Below, one piece after another: positions 1-8,924 of a stretch of DNA of 33,575 nt; position 1 is the stretch's first letter, and each line of letters starts with the position of its first letter. The position numbers and the translations under genes were made by a program. The notes below the pieces were generated by a model. The model was not told where the DNA came from and made no database searches. It saw nothing but the letters and a program-made list of their open reading frames with translations. The stretch lies in the IMG/VR virus record IMGVR_UViG_637000261_000005; one strand, written 5' to 3'. The DNA is from a virus (Duplodnaviria; Heunggongvirae; Uroviricota; Caudoviricetes).

Positions 1-141
1 TTACTGCTTACACTGTAAGAACGCCGCAAACTCCGCTCCCCAGAAGCTCATCCGTATTTCGCACAGCGAACCGTGCAGCATCCAGATGATGAGGATTGCC
101 GTCACGCAGAACGTGATGGCCGTAAGCGATTTTTGCGACAT
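1..141 (-). CDS. Hok/Gef-family type I toxin (46-aa small membrane toxin)
   Basis: Not in ORF track (<60 aa). Minus-strand ATG at 139-141, TAA at 1-3, AAGGAG-type RBS upstream. Translation MSQKSLTAITFCVTAILIIWMLHGSLCEIRMSFWGAEFAAFLQCKQ has one hydrophobic helix followed by SLCEI and AAFLxCK motifs typical of Hok/Gef toxins. Confidence 0.7.
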   Translation of the reverse strand: MSQKSLTAITFCVTAILIIWMLHGSLCEIRMSFWGAEFAAFLQCKQ

Positions 142-400
142 AGCGCTTGCTCCTTTTTCGGGGAGGCGCTAACCTATCACTTGCTTAGGGTAGACGGTTA
201 GGGCCTCGGTTAAACAAAAATGTTTTCCGGGGCCTTTCCACATCTGGCCTTCAGGTATTCCCTCCGACCATCAGCCGAAAGGCACCCGCGCGTAATCTAT
301 CGCTTTTTTGTTACTCCGGCAATTCTGCTCGTTAATTCTGAGGTAAGGGCAAACTCATCTGATTGTTTCCTCTGTGTGAAGTTGGCAGTTCATGCCACGG
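142..400 (-). other. hok leader region; antisense (sok-like) RNA and overlapping mok-like frame expected here but not pinpointed
   Basis: Position immediately upstream of the hok start; known organisation of hok/sok loci. No element boundaries could be read from sequence. Confidence 0.3.
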
Positions 401-479
401 TAGACTGGCCCCCTGAATCTCCAGACAACCAGTATCACTTAAATAAGTGATAGTCTAAAAACTAGTCATTGGAGTACAG

Positions 480-845
480 ATGATTGATGTCTTAGGGCCG
501 GAGAAACGCAGACGGCGTACCACACAGGAAAGGATCGCAATTGTTCAGCAGAGCTTTGAACCGGGGATGACGGTCTCCCTCGTTGCCCGGCAACATGGTG
601 TAGCAGCCAGCCAGTTATTTCTCTGGCGTAAGCAATACCAGGAAGGAAGTCTTACTGCTGTGGCCGCCGGAGAACAGGTTGTTCCTGCCTCTGAACTTGC
701 TGCCGCCATGAAGCAGATTAAAGAACTCCTGCGCCTGCTCGGCAAGAAAACGATGGAAAATGAACTCCTCAAAGAAGCCGTTGAATATGGACGGGCAAAA
801 AAGTGGATAGCGCACGCGCCCTTATTGCCCGGGGATGGGGAGTAA
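480..845 (+). CDS. insC: IS2 transposase OrfA (InsC)
   Basis: 121-aa [43 protein letters not shown]... recognised as IS2 InsC. Confidence 0.9.
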   Translation: MIDVLGPEKRRRRTTQERIAIVQQSFEPGMTVSLVARQHGVAASQLFLWRKQYQEGSLTAVAAGEQVVPASELAAAMKQIKELLRLLGKKTMENELLKEAVEYGRAKKWIAHAPLLPGDGE

Positions 846-1708
846 GCTTAGTCAGCCGTTGTCTCCGGGTGTCGCGTGCGCAGTTGCACGTCATTCTCAG
901 ACGAACCGATGACTGGATGGATGGCCGCCGCAGTCGTCACACTGATGATACGGATGTGCTTCTCCGTATACACCATGTTATCGGAGAGCTGCCCACGTAT
1001 GGTTATCGTCGGGTATGGGCGCTGCTTCGCAGACAGGCAGAACTTGATGGTATGCCAGCGATCAATGCCAAACGTGTTTACCGGATCATGCGCCAGAATG
1101 CGCTGTTGCTTGAGCGAAAGCCTGCTGTACCGCCATCGAAACGGGCACATACAGGCAGAGTGGCCGTGAAAGAAAGCAATCAGCGATGGTGCTCTGACGG
1201 GTTCGAGTTCTGCTGTGATAACGGAGAGAGACTGCGTGTCACGTTCGCGCTGGACTGCTGTGATCGTGAGGCACTGCACTGGGCGGTGACTACCGGCGGC
1301 TTCAACAGTGAAACAGTACTGGACGTCATGCTGGGTGCGGTGGAACGCCGCTTCGGCAACGATCTTCCGTCGTCTCCAGTGGAGTGGCTGACGGATAATG
1401 GTTCATGCTACCGGGCTAATGAAACACGCCAGTTCGCCCGGATGTTGGGACTTGAACCGAAGAACACGGCGGTGCGGAGTCCGGAGAGTAACGGAATAGC
1501 AGAGAGCTTCGTGAAAACGATAAAGCGTGACTACATCAGTATCATGCCCAAACCAGACGGGTTAACGGCAGCAAAGAACCTTGCAGAGGCGTTCGAGCAT
1601 TATAACGAATGGCATCCGCATAGTGCGCTGGGTTATCGCTCGCCACGGGAATATCTGCGGCAGCGGGCTTGTAATGGGTTAAGTGATAACAGATGTCTGG
1701 AAATATAG
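803..1708 (+). CDS. insD: IS2 transposase OrfB (InsD), DDE catalytic domain
   Basis: 301-aa ORF overlapping insC in another frame; sequence recognised as IS2 InsD. Confidence 0.9.
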   Translation: MDSARALIARGWGVSLVSRCLRVSRAQLHVILRRTDDWMDGRRSRHTDDTDVLLRIHHVIGELPTYGYRRVWALLRRQAELDGMPAINAKRVYRIMRQNALLLERKPAVPPSKRAHTGRVAVKESNQRWCSDGFEFCCDNGERLRVTFALDCCDREALHWAVTTGGFNSETVLDVMLGAVERRFGNDLPSSPVEWLTDNGSCYRANETRQFARMLGLEPKNTAVRSPESNGIAESFVKTIKRDYISIMPKPDGLTAAKNLAEAFEHYNEWHPHSALGYRSPREYLRQRACNGLSDNRCLEI

Positions 1709-1719
1709 GGGCAAATCCA

Positions 1720-1915
1720 ACGGGATGCCCTCTGATGAGTGAATGGGGGAGGCGTGCTTTGAAGTGAATTTGTGGAAGGCTTCCAGTGTTGAGAAACATA
1801 CGCCGCATTCTAGATTGTTACACTGATAATACTTTTGTCTCACGGTGTTTGAATCATTTTCCGGACGACTGGTGCGGATACGGGCAGATGCGCCACAAAG
1901 CGGACAACGGAACAT
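1720..1915 (-). CDS. ogr: Ogr/Delta-type zinc-finger late-gene activator; native 3' end replaced by IS2 (ORF reads on into IS2 to a stop at 1679)
   Basis: MFRCPLCGASARIRTSRPENDSNTVRQKYYQCNNLECGVCFSTLEAFHKF... has the C-x2-C...C-x4-C pattern and MF-CPLC start of P2 Ogr; the last 11 codons ([11 protein letters not shown]) are reverse-complement IS2 terminus; AGAGAGG RBS before the ATG at 1913-1915. Confidence 0.75.
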
Positions 1916-2010
1916 AGCGACCTCTCTTATTGTAGTGCTTACACTATTCTAGGTTGTATTCTCTAAGATTTAAACATGACTTTCTCTATATAATGATTTT
2001 TAGCATTAGT

Positions 2011-2040
2011 TAATAAACGAACGGCACTCTAAGGAGCGCC
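2011..2040 (-). terminator. Candidate intrinsic terminator after the cargo gene
   Basis: Minus-strand RNA GGCGCUC-CUUA-GAGUGCC hairpin (2023-2040) followed by GUUCGUUUAUU, starting 11 nt after the stop at 2051-2053. Confidence 0.4.
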
Positions 2041-2050
2041 GTCAAAGATA

Positions 2051-5000
2051 TTATTCTGATGTCACTCTTTGCGAGTGAGCTATTTTTAAATCAGCGTTTC
2101 CTTCAAATACTATATTCAACTCATAGTTAAGAGTTAGCTTGAATTTATCTGAGTCACTTTTGATATTCTCTGAAGTGACATTTACTAACTTATTATTATC
2201 ATATTCTCTAATAATTAATTTAGTGAAGTAGTTATCCTTTACCACAAGAGAAAATGGTTGATTAACAAATGGTAAGAAGTAAACCTTACGGGTACCGGAT
2301 TCAGTAGTTATGTTCATAGAGCCATCATCATTTTTTCTCATTAGTTCTCTGAGGTTGGGATTATCGAAAAGCATACGATTATATTGCTGAAAGATCTCTT
2401 TACTCATCACAAGAACCAGTTTGCCAGCCAAGTCAGCAGATGATTTTATGTGATCAATCAACATATTGAAATCTTCTATTACGGTATGTTGCGAACAGCC
2501 AGTGCTAAATAAATTTGAAAGTATTATTCTCTGGATGTCCTTGAGAATTAAGTCTGCTTGAATATCACCTTCATTGATATAAGGGATGGATTCTATTCCT
2601 TCGGCATACGGTTCTTTATCTATCTTAATAGATATCTTATGTTTTGTGAAACAATCGCTAGCCTGCTTAAAATCAATAGATTTGAAAAGTGAAAGAGGGA
2701 GCGTTTTCTTGATGCGTTTACGAAGATGTTCTGATGTTTTACGTGCAGTGCTATCTAGTCGATGTACATCTATGGCAGCATCCTGAAGTCTCATATCAAG
2801 ATCTTTCTTTAGCATGTTAATATGCTCTTGAAGCAACTTTCTTAAGTTTTCTTTTTTTGTTTGGAGATCGTCCAATGTTAAAGTCAGCTTGATTTTAGTG
2901 TATTCGATGGAGTTACAAATTTTTGATAATACTCCAATGAGTCGTTGCTTCTCACGATATGTTATATAGTTGTTTTCTATTGCTTCTTTTATTTCTTTTG
3001 ATACGCTATCGTTCTTTTTAGAAAAAATTAATAATAGCTGAACCCATGATTGTTCCATATCAATAAATCCACAGTCAAAAACATTACTGTAAACTCTGCC
3101 CATCACCATGTCTGTTTTATCATAGTCACGTAAACGCCTTGCTAAACTATTCATCCACCCATTGTGCTCCATATTTTCAGACCATGTCCACAGGCAGATT
3201 CTAATTAATATCTTGATTAGTTGGCTTGCATTATCAATTTCTTCAGTGGGAGTTTCATATCCACCGGTTTGGTCAATAAGTTTACCCTCTAAAATAAGTT
3301 TAATGTAATGTGTCATTAGTTTGTCAGAAGTATTGATTCTTGATGTCAGATAAAGACATGTGCATATACGCATGTCAGTCAACGCATTTATGATGGCAAT
3401 ATTGAACCACTCTCTGTCTGAATTGAAGTTTAGTTTTTTGGATATGAAAAAACCCGGGTTAAAAAGCTGGCCTTTGTAACTGTATTTTTCTACCGAATGG
3501 CTGTCAATATTCATTGAGTGCTGCCATCGGTTAATAAGATCGACGGCTGTATCAATAGTAGAAGGATCGCGAGTCTGTGTTGCATCAATAATCATCGATG
3601 GAAGTTCTTGTAGTTGCGTTTTGCAAAATAATTCAAATAAATCTGAATTCTCTGTATTGCAGAAACGAAAGTTTATGCTTTCTTGATATTGCTCCCAAAC
3701 AGTGATATAGGTTCTTAATATACGATTATAACGTGAACGAAGCGAGGCATTTAAGAGTGATTGGTTGTTTCGGAACCATTCTGTTAATATTGACCATTGT
3801 GAACGAGTAATTCCCATATAGATACAAAGTTCATTGCTGATAAGATGTTTTCTATTATTGATAATACGCACTCCGCTCCAAAGACATAATTCAAAAAATC
3901 TTTCAGAAAGATTAATTTTATCCATGGAATTATTTGATATTTTATAAACTTCATCTGAAAACTCATATTGAAAACTCCGTTCAAATAATTCTGTAGTGAT
4001 CAGTAAGAAGTTATTGTTGGTATTATCATCTTGAAAAAAATACAAATCGCAGAGATTATTAAAGTTATTAATTAATGCAGAGATAGCATTGTCAAAACTA
4101 ATGAGATCAGAATCCCGCAGATACATATACGTATCTGCTGTTATAGCCTGCATTGTAAGACTTACGGAAAAATCTCCTCCTTTAATCGGAGCCCTATAAA
4201 AACATTGCTTAAGTATTTTTATTAATAAGCTGTCTGGTTTGATATTTTTAACGCTAAAAAGTATCTTACCCGTGGATTCTGTTTCTTTTGTACGATTATC
4301 ACCAATGACAAATGACGCAAAATGATTCTTCTTTTTTAGTTGGTAATTAATAAGATTAAGAGTAAGTTGAAAAGGACGGTGATATAAACTTAACTCATCT
4401 TCCTTAGAATAACTGCTAGCCACAGATATGTATTCTCCTTTGTAATCGGCTTGCGTGATTTCTAAATTTGAATAGTTATGTTTTTGATAGATAGGGTATA
4501 ACCTAAGCTTGGCTGAGATTTTGTTACAAATATGGGGCATTACTATTTCGAAGGCAATGTATCGCTTTATAATTATTTGCCGTTTTACATCATCAAGAAT
4601 TTCAAGACTCACGATAAAGAACCAAATAGAAAGAACTATGTTTATCAAAAGCCATAATATGCTGATTAGACAAGCTATACCATAAAGATAACTTCCAAAG
4701 ACAGTTTTAATTAGTACACTGAGAAGTATAAATCCTGATAAGAAAAGCCCGCTGAGTCCAGCAAGCATGAATCCTGAGTAACGCTGATAAGCAGTTTGGG
4801 CTATTTTTCTATCTGCCTTTTTTTGGAATAAGACACTTACTAAACCTATAACAAGGGGGTATACAATACCAATAATTGTCAATTGGCCACTTAAAATGGT
4901 TGTTTGCCATTCGGTTAATGAATGCCTAAACGGGAAATAATGTAAAAGATTATTTTTTATAAATAATTCGTTTAAATATCCAACATAAAGTAGTACAAAT

Positions 5001-5170
5001 GAAAAAGCTGATATGCAAAGTACTGATTTAACCGGTGAGGATGTTAATCTTATGATGTTTTTTTCAATAAAATTCCATTTTAAATTCGAATAAAATGGAT
5101 TTTTAACCATTTTATTACGAACATAGTTCTTTGCTAAAATCTCTGTTGCACTTAAAAATTGTCCAATCAT
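2051..5170 (-). CDS. Hypothetical 1039-aa membrane-anchored protein; four N-terminal transmembrane helices plus ~850-aa soluble region; AT-rich cargo gene of unknown function
   Basis: Uninterrupted 3120-nt ORF in conspicuously AT-rich DNA where stops are frequent; hydrophobic segments about aa 48-69, 90-115, 131-155, 161-191; K/E/L-rich probable coiled coil about aa 760-825; no Walker A, RT, TOPRIM or nuclease motifs seen. Confidence 0.85.
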   Translation of the reverse strand: MIGQFLSATEILAKNYVRNKMVKNPFYSNLKWNFIEKNIIRLTSSPVKSVLCISAFSFVLLYVGYLNELFIKNNLLHYFPFRHSLTEWQTTILSGQLTIIGIVYPLVIGLVSVLFQKKADRKIAQTAYQRYSGFMLAGLSGLFLSGFILLSVLIKTVFGSYLYGIACLISILWLLINIVLSIWFFIVSLEILDDVKRQIIIKRYIAFEIVMPHICNKISAKLRLYPIYQKHNYSNLEITQADYKGEYISVASSYSKEDELSLYHRPFQLTLNLINYQLKKKNHFASFVIGDNRTKETESTGKILFSVKNIKPDSLLIKILKQCFYRAPIKGGDFSVSLTMQAITADTYMYLRDSDLISFDNAISALINNFNNLCDLYFFQDDNTNNNFLLITTELFERSFQYEFSDEVYKISNNSMDKINLSERFFELCLWSGVRIINNRKHLISNELCIYMGITRSQWSILTEWFRNNQSLLNASLRSRYNRILRTYITVWEQYQESINFRFCNTENSDLFELFCKTQLQELPSMIIDATQTRDPSTIDTAVDLINRWQHSMNIDSHSVEKYSYKGQLFNPGFFISKKLNFNSDREWFNIAIINALTDMRICTCLYLTSRINTSDKLMTHYIKLILEGKLIDQTGGYETPTEEIDNASQLIKILIRICLWTWSENMEHNGWMNSLARRLRDYDKTDMVMGRVYSNVFDCGFIDMEQSWVQLLLIFSKKNDSVSKEIKEAIENNYITYREKQRLIGVLSKICNSIEYTKIKLTLTLDDLQTKKENLRKLLQEHINMLKKDLDMRLQDAAIDVHRLDSTARKTSEHLRKRIKKTLPLSLFKSIDFKQASDCFTKHKISIKIDKEPYAEGIESIPYINEGDIQADLILKDIQRIILSNLFSTGCSQHTVIEDFNMLIDHIKSSADLAGKLVLVMSKEIFQQYNRMLFDNPNLRELMRKNDDGSMNITTESGTRKVYFLPFVNQPFSLVVKDNYFTKLIIREYDNNKLVNVTSENIKSDSDKFKLTLNYELNIVFEGNADLKIAHSQRVTSE

Positions 5171-5260
5171 GAATTACTCTTCTATAAAGTGTGGGTCTAC
5201 TAACTAAACTGGAACTTTTACTATTGAGTCATATTCCCTTGGACGGGATGGACTGTGAAG

Positions 5261-5266
5261 ATTATA
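5261..5266 (-). promoter_or_regulatory. Candidate -10 element (TATAAT) in the AT-rich leader of the cargo gene
   Basis: Perfect TATAAT on minus strand about 90 nt upstream of the ATG at 5168-5170; no convincing -35 hexamer; GAAGAG Shine-Dalgarno before the start. Confidence 0.3.
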
Positions 5267-5418
5267 CTTGACTTCCTCTGTCATGTGGGAAAAACATCCG
5301 TATTATTGTTAGCATCTGGTTGATGCCCCAACCTCTGACATCTAGTGGGCTGATACATTATCTTTTGTTCTTACTGTCAGTGTAGAAGCACATCTCAAAA
5401 ATAATATTTTTAAGAGAT

Positions 5419-6528
5419 TTATTCTGTTTCTGCTATCCATTCCGGGATTTTTGCTTCAAGTTCAAGCTGCGTGGTAAAGCCGCTGTTATCAATGGTGTGC
5501 TCGGCTTTTGCAATAGTCCAGTCCTGATAATCAATCTCGCTTTTAAAGCCTGTCACTGTGCCATGCATTTCGGGATAGAGTTCTGCACGACCACGCGCCA
5601 GCGTGATGGAGAATGATGCGGCTCCGCGTTGTAGCTGCTGCCACTTTGCCGCCGCTGCGCGTCTTGCTGCCTGCTCGTTCTGATAAGTCTTGCGTAACAC
5701 AAACACGTTGCCTTCCGCACCTTCCATATAGTCGCCTTCCCGACTGCTGCTTTTCTCCTTTTTGGGTTTTGGCGGTTTGCGGCGTTTCACGCTGACTTTT
5801 TTCTTTTTCCCGTAATTAAGATCAAGCCAGTAGGCGCGTACCCCCGTATACGCCTCGCGGTCAGCAATGCGGAACTGATGGCGATCGCCGCTGCTGCGTG
5901 TAATGGCGAACGAGGGCAACGGCTGCCCCTGTGCGTTCACGCCACCACCTGGCATGATGAATAACAGATTGCCGCTTTTTACCGTGGCGATTGCTCCCAG
6001 CATTTCCGCCATGCGCGTAAGAAAGGACATGTCGCTTTCTTCGGTCTGGTCGGCGTGGTCGATTTCGATATCCATCAGCATTTCGCTGATTTGCGGTTTC
6101 AGACCGTACCGATGAGTGATGGCGGATACCACACGCTCAACGGTCACATCATGCCAGGACACCTCACGTTTAACGTTAAATTCATCCCGAAAATCTGCGC
6201 TTCTGGCTGAAACAGTCAGCCTGTCCGGCGGTCCTTCGTGAGCGATTTCATCAACAATGTAAGTGCCTTTTTCTGTCAGCGGTTCCCCTTTCCAGCCAAT
6301 GAGAACCGTCAGACGCGCGCCCCGTGGCGGTAGCTGCAACTGACCATCCGCATCATCCAGCGTGATGGTGAGCTGGTCCGCCTCAAATCCCCGGTTGTCG
6401 GTCAGTTACAGGCTCATCAGGCGCTCCGCCACGCCTGACAGCGTTTTACCCTCCGAGAGAATATCAAAATCCGGCATTTTCACGGGGGCCGTGCCCTGAC
6501 TGAGCAATTGCATGGTGGTGTCGGTCAT
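5419..6528 (-). pseudogene. D: P2 gpD-like tail protein gene interrupted by an in-frame TAA at codon 41 (6406-6408)
   Basis: ATG at 6526-6528 with GGAGGGAG RBS; 40 codons (MTDTTMQLLSQGTAPVKMPDFDILSEGKTLSGVAERLMSL), then TAA, then the same frame continues LTDNRGFEADQLTITLDDADGQLQLPPRGARLTVLIGW... to 5419. Confidence 0.85.
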
Positions 6529-6584
6529 CTGCTCCCTCCCTGTGCGGCATGGTCGCATGTGCGTGCGGAGGGGGTTACTGCTTT

Positions 6585-6608
6585 TTGTTGTCGCCGTGGC
6601 GGGAGAAC
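6585..6608 (+). promoter_or_regulatory. Candidate activator-dependent late promoter element upstream of the sheath gene
   Basis: TTGTTGT-N12-AGAAC about 80-100 bp upstream of the FI start; the same motif recurs upstream of P at 25255-25278. Confidence 0.35.
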
Positions 6609-6685
6609 GGCGCAGGGGTGAGATTACGCGCGTGGTGGGTGATGATTGTTGCTGAATCATTTAACGGATACAAGGGGCTGAAGCT

Positions 6686-7870
6686 ATGAGTGAAACTCGT
6701 TTTCATGGTGCCCGTGTTACGGAGAATACCGACCTGGTAACAGCGATTAACGATGTTGATTCCAGCGTTATCGGTATCGTGGCAACGGCGGATGATGCGG
6801 ACGCGAAGCTGTTCCCGCTGAACAAGCCCACACTGCTGACCCGCGTCAATGACGTGCTGGGAAAATGCGGGACAACGGGGACGCTTTATCGTGCGCTTAA
6901 GGCCATCGCAGACCAGGTGAGCACAAAGGTGATCGTCGTTCGCGTGGCTGAACACAAAGAAGAAGACGGAAAGACGCAGGATCAACTGGTTATCGGTGGT
7001 TCTGAGGATGACGGCAGCTATACGGGGATGTATGCGCTGCTTGTTGCAGAGCAGGATGAAAGCATCGGATACCGTCCGCGTATTCTGGCCGCGCCGGAGC
7101 TGGACACGGAGGCGGTAACAAAATCCCTGTGCGTGATTGCAGATAAACTGCGCGCGTTTGTGTATGCCTCATGTCATGGCTGTAACACGATGGCCGAGGC
7201 AATTACCTACCGCCAGAAATTCAACGAACGTGAGGTGATGCTCTTATGGCCGGACTTCATCGCCTACAACCCGAAAAATGGCAAAAACGAAACGTTCCCC
7301 GCGCCTGCCTATGCGTGCGGCCTTCGTGCGTACATTGACCATGAACAGGGATGGCACAAATCGCTGTCCAACGTTCCGGTTAAAAATGTGCTGGGGATGT
7401 CGAGGCATGTGTTCTGGTCGTTGCAGGCCGAAGACAGCGATGCCAACAGCCTCAACGACAAAGAAATCACGACCATTATTCGTCGCAACGGGTTCCGCTT
7501 CTGGGGTAACCGCACACCGGAAACGAACGCCTACATCTTTGAGGTGTATACCCGAACCGCACAGGTGCTGGCTGATTCAATTGCGGAAGCGCAGTTTGAA
7601 ACCATCGACAGTCCACTGACGCCTGCGAATGTGAAGGATGTTATCAGTGCCATCAGGGCAAAACTGGATTCACTGGTGACTGCCGGGAAACTGATTGGCG
7701 CGGAGTGCTGGTATGACGTGGTGGATAACAGCACCACGGATTTACGTCAGGGACGTGTGCGTATTCGCTACAAATATACGCCCGTTCCGCCACTGGAAGA
7801 CATGGAGCTTTACCAGACGTTTACTGATGAATACTTTGAACCCGCATTTGCGGTGCTGGGAGGTGCCTGA
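6686..7870 (+). CDS. FI: Tail sheath protein (P2 gpFI-like)
   Basis: 394-aa ORF with conserved sheath blocks (KPRILA, LRAF, QGWHKSLSNV, IRRNGFRFWGNRT, YTPVPPLE). Confidence 0.9.
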   Translation: MSETRFHGARVTENTDLVTAINDVDSSVIGIVATADDADAKLFPLNKPTLLTRVNDVLGKCGTTGTLYRALKAIADQVSTKVIVVRVAEHKEEDGKTQDQLVIGGSEDDGSYTGMYALLVAEQDESIGYRPRILAAPELDTEAVTKSLCVIADKLRAFVYASCHGCNTMAEAITYRQKFNEREVMLLWPDFIAYNPKNGKNETFPAPAYACGLRAYIDHEQGWHKSLSNVPVKNVLGMSRHVFWSLQAEDSDANSLNDKEITTIIRRNGFRFWGNRTPETNAYIFEVYTRTAQVLADSIAEAQFETIDSPLTPANVKDVISAIRAKLDSLVTAGKLIGAECWYDVVDNSTTDLRQGRVRIRYKYTPVPPLEDMELYQTFTDEYFEPAFAVLGGA

Positions 7871-8380
7871 TGGCTGTGCCAAAACATCTTCGCTTTTTTA
7901 CGCTGTTTGTGGATGGTGAAAACGAAGTGGGTAATGTGACGTCCGTCACTCTGCCTAAGCTGACGCGCAAAACCGACAGCTACCGGGGTGGTGGCATGAT
8001 GGGTGCGGTAAGTATTGATCTCGGTCTGGACGACTCCGCGCTTGATGCGAGCTTTGTCATGGGGGCGCAGTTCGTGAGCTGTTCCTTAAGTATGGCGGCA
8101 CGATTGACGGCACGCTGCTGCGTTTTGCGGGTGAATACTACACCGATGCAGAAAGCGACCTGTATGAAGTCGAAATGCGCGGACGTGTGACGGAAATTGA
8201 TATGGGGGAAGCCAAACAGGGCGAAGCCACATCACACACTTACGCCATTAAAACACCTACTACAAGCTGAGTGTTAACGATCGCCCGTTGTGGGAGATTG
8301 ACCTGCTGAACTTCATTTACCGGAAGGACGGCAAGGACATTGTGCCCGATCGCATCCGTTCCGCGCTTGGGCTTGGCTGA
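7870..8380 (+). pseudogene. FII: Tail tube protein (P2 gpFII-like) split across three frames by two single-base deletions in homopolymer runs
   Basis: Frame 1 to about 8065 (...DASFVMG), frame 0 (GAVRELFLKYGGTIDGTLLRFAGEYY...HTYAIK) to 8250, frame 2 (TYYKLSVNDRPLWEIDLL...ALGLG) to the TGA at 8378-8380; shifts sit in G5 at 8061-8065 and A4 at 8250-8253. Confidence 0.8.
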
Positions 8381-8435
8381 TAAGTAATATGCTGGCGGCG
8401 CAGTGCGTCGCCTCTGACTGAAAAGGAGACAACAG

Positions 8436-8810
8436 ATGAAAGACATCGATACTGAAACCCGGAATAACACCGTGGCGGATAATGTGACGGCAGTTGAGGA
8501 TATGGCTGTCGAACGTGGCGTAAAACTGACCCGACCAATTGAGCGTGGTGCCGAAAAAATCACGTATGTGGAGATCACCGGGGCTATTGAGCAGGCTGGA
8601 TCCCTGCGTGGTCTGTCGCTGTCTGATGTGCTGAATCTGAAAGCGGATACCATGTTCACGCTGTTGCCTCGCGTGACCTCGCCACGACTGGATGAAGTGA
8701 TGATTAAAAAAATGTCGTCACGCGATTTTATTCAGTTGTGCGCTGTGGCTGTAAATTTTATGAGCGAGCCAGACTCTGGCGCGAAGAGCGTGCAGGAGAC
8801 GGCAGCGTAA
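8436..8810 (+). CDS. E: Tail assembly chaperone (P2 gpE-like)
   Basis: 124-aa ORF with AAAAGGAG RBS, between tube and tape-measure genes. Confidence 0.75.
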   Translation: MKDIDTETRNNTVADNVTAVEDMAVERGVKLTRPIERGAEKITYVEITGAIEQAGSLRGLSLSDVLNLKADTMFTLLPRVTSPRLDEVMIKKMSSRDFIQLCAVAVNFMSEPDSGAKSVQETAA

Positions 8811-8923
8811 TCACCCTGGTGTGCTTTGAGCACATCGAAGATCTGGTGGCGGATATTGCCGCCATTTTTAACTGGTCGCCCGCCGAAATCTTCATGATGA
8901 CGCCCGGCGAAGTGGTTAGCTGA
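8436..8923 (+). CDS. gpE+E' extended chaperone made by programmed -1 frameshift at A_AAT_TTT (8753-8759)
   Basis: Heptamer fits X_XXY_YYZ in the E frame; the -1 frame is open from there (YERARLWREERAGDG...) to a TGA at 8921-8923, 2 nt before the T ORF; position matches the conserved E/E' (G/GT-type) frameshift of myophage tail operons. Confidence 0.5.
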
Positions 8924-8924
8924 C

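Larger units (their letters stand above)
401..1719 (+). mobile_element. IS2 (IS3 family), complete copy, about 1319 bp
   Basis: Termini TAGACTGGCCCCCTGAATCTCC (from 401) and GGGGCAAATCCA (to 1719) match remembered IS2 inverted repeats; encodes InsC and InsD; ACGG present at both junctions (397-400 and 1720-1723). Confidence 0.9.

Noticed and set aside
220-450. 76-aa plus-strand ORF in the hok upstream region
   Set aside because: No RBS or recognisable product; it overlaps the region expected to hold the hok leader and antisense control elements and runs into the IS2 terminus. Treated as non-coding.
2051-5170. Assignment of the 1039-aa protein to a known defence family (Old, Tin, retron RT, Zorya-like motor, Kiwa-like)
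   Set aside because: No ATPase, TOPRIM, RT or nuclease motifs seen, and it is a single gene without the partner genes those systems need; left as unknown pending profile or structure searches.
6529-6685. A third hix-like site that could make the FI-U inversion invertase-mediated
   Set aside because: No sequence resembling the ACCTCGGTTTAC core or its flanking half-sites in either orientation; also none at 12270-12300.
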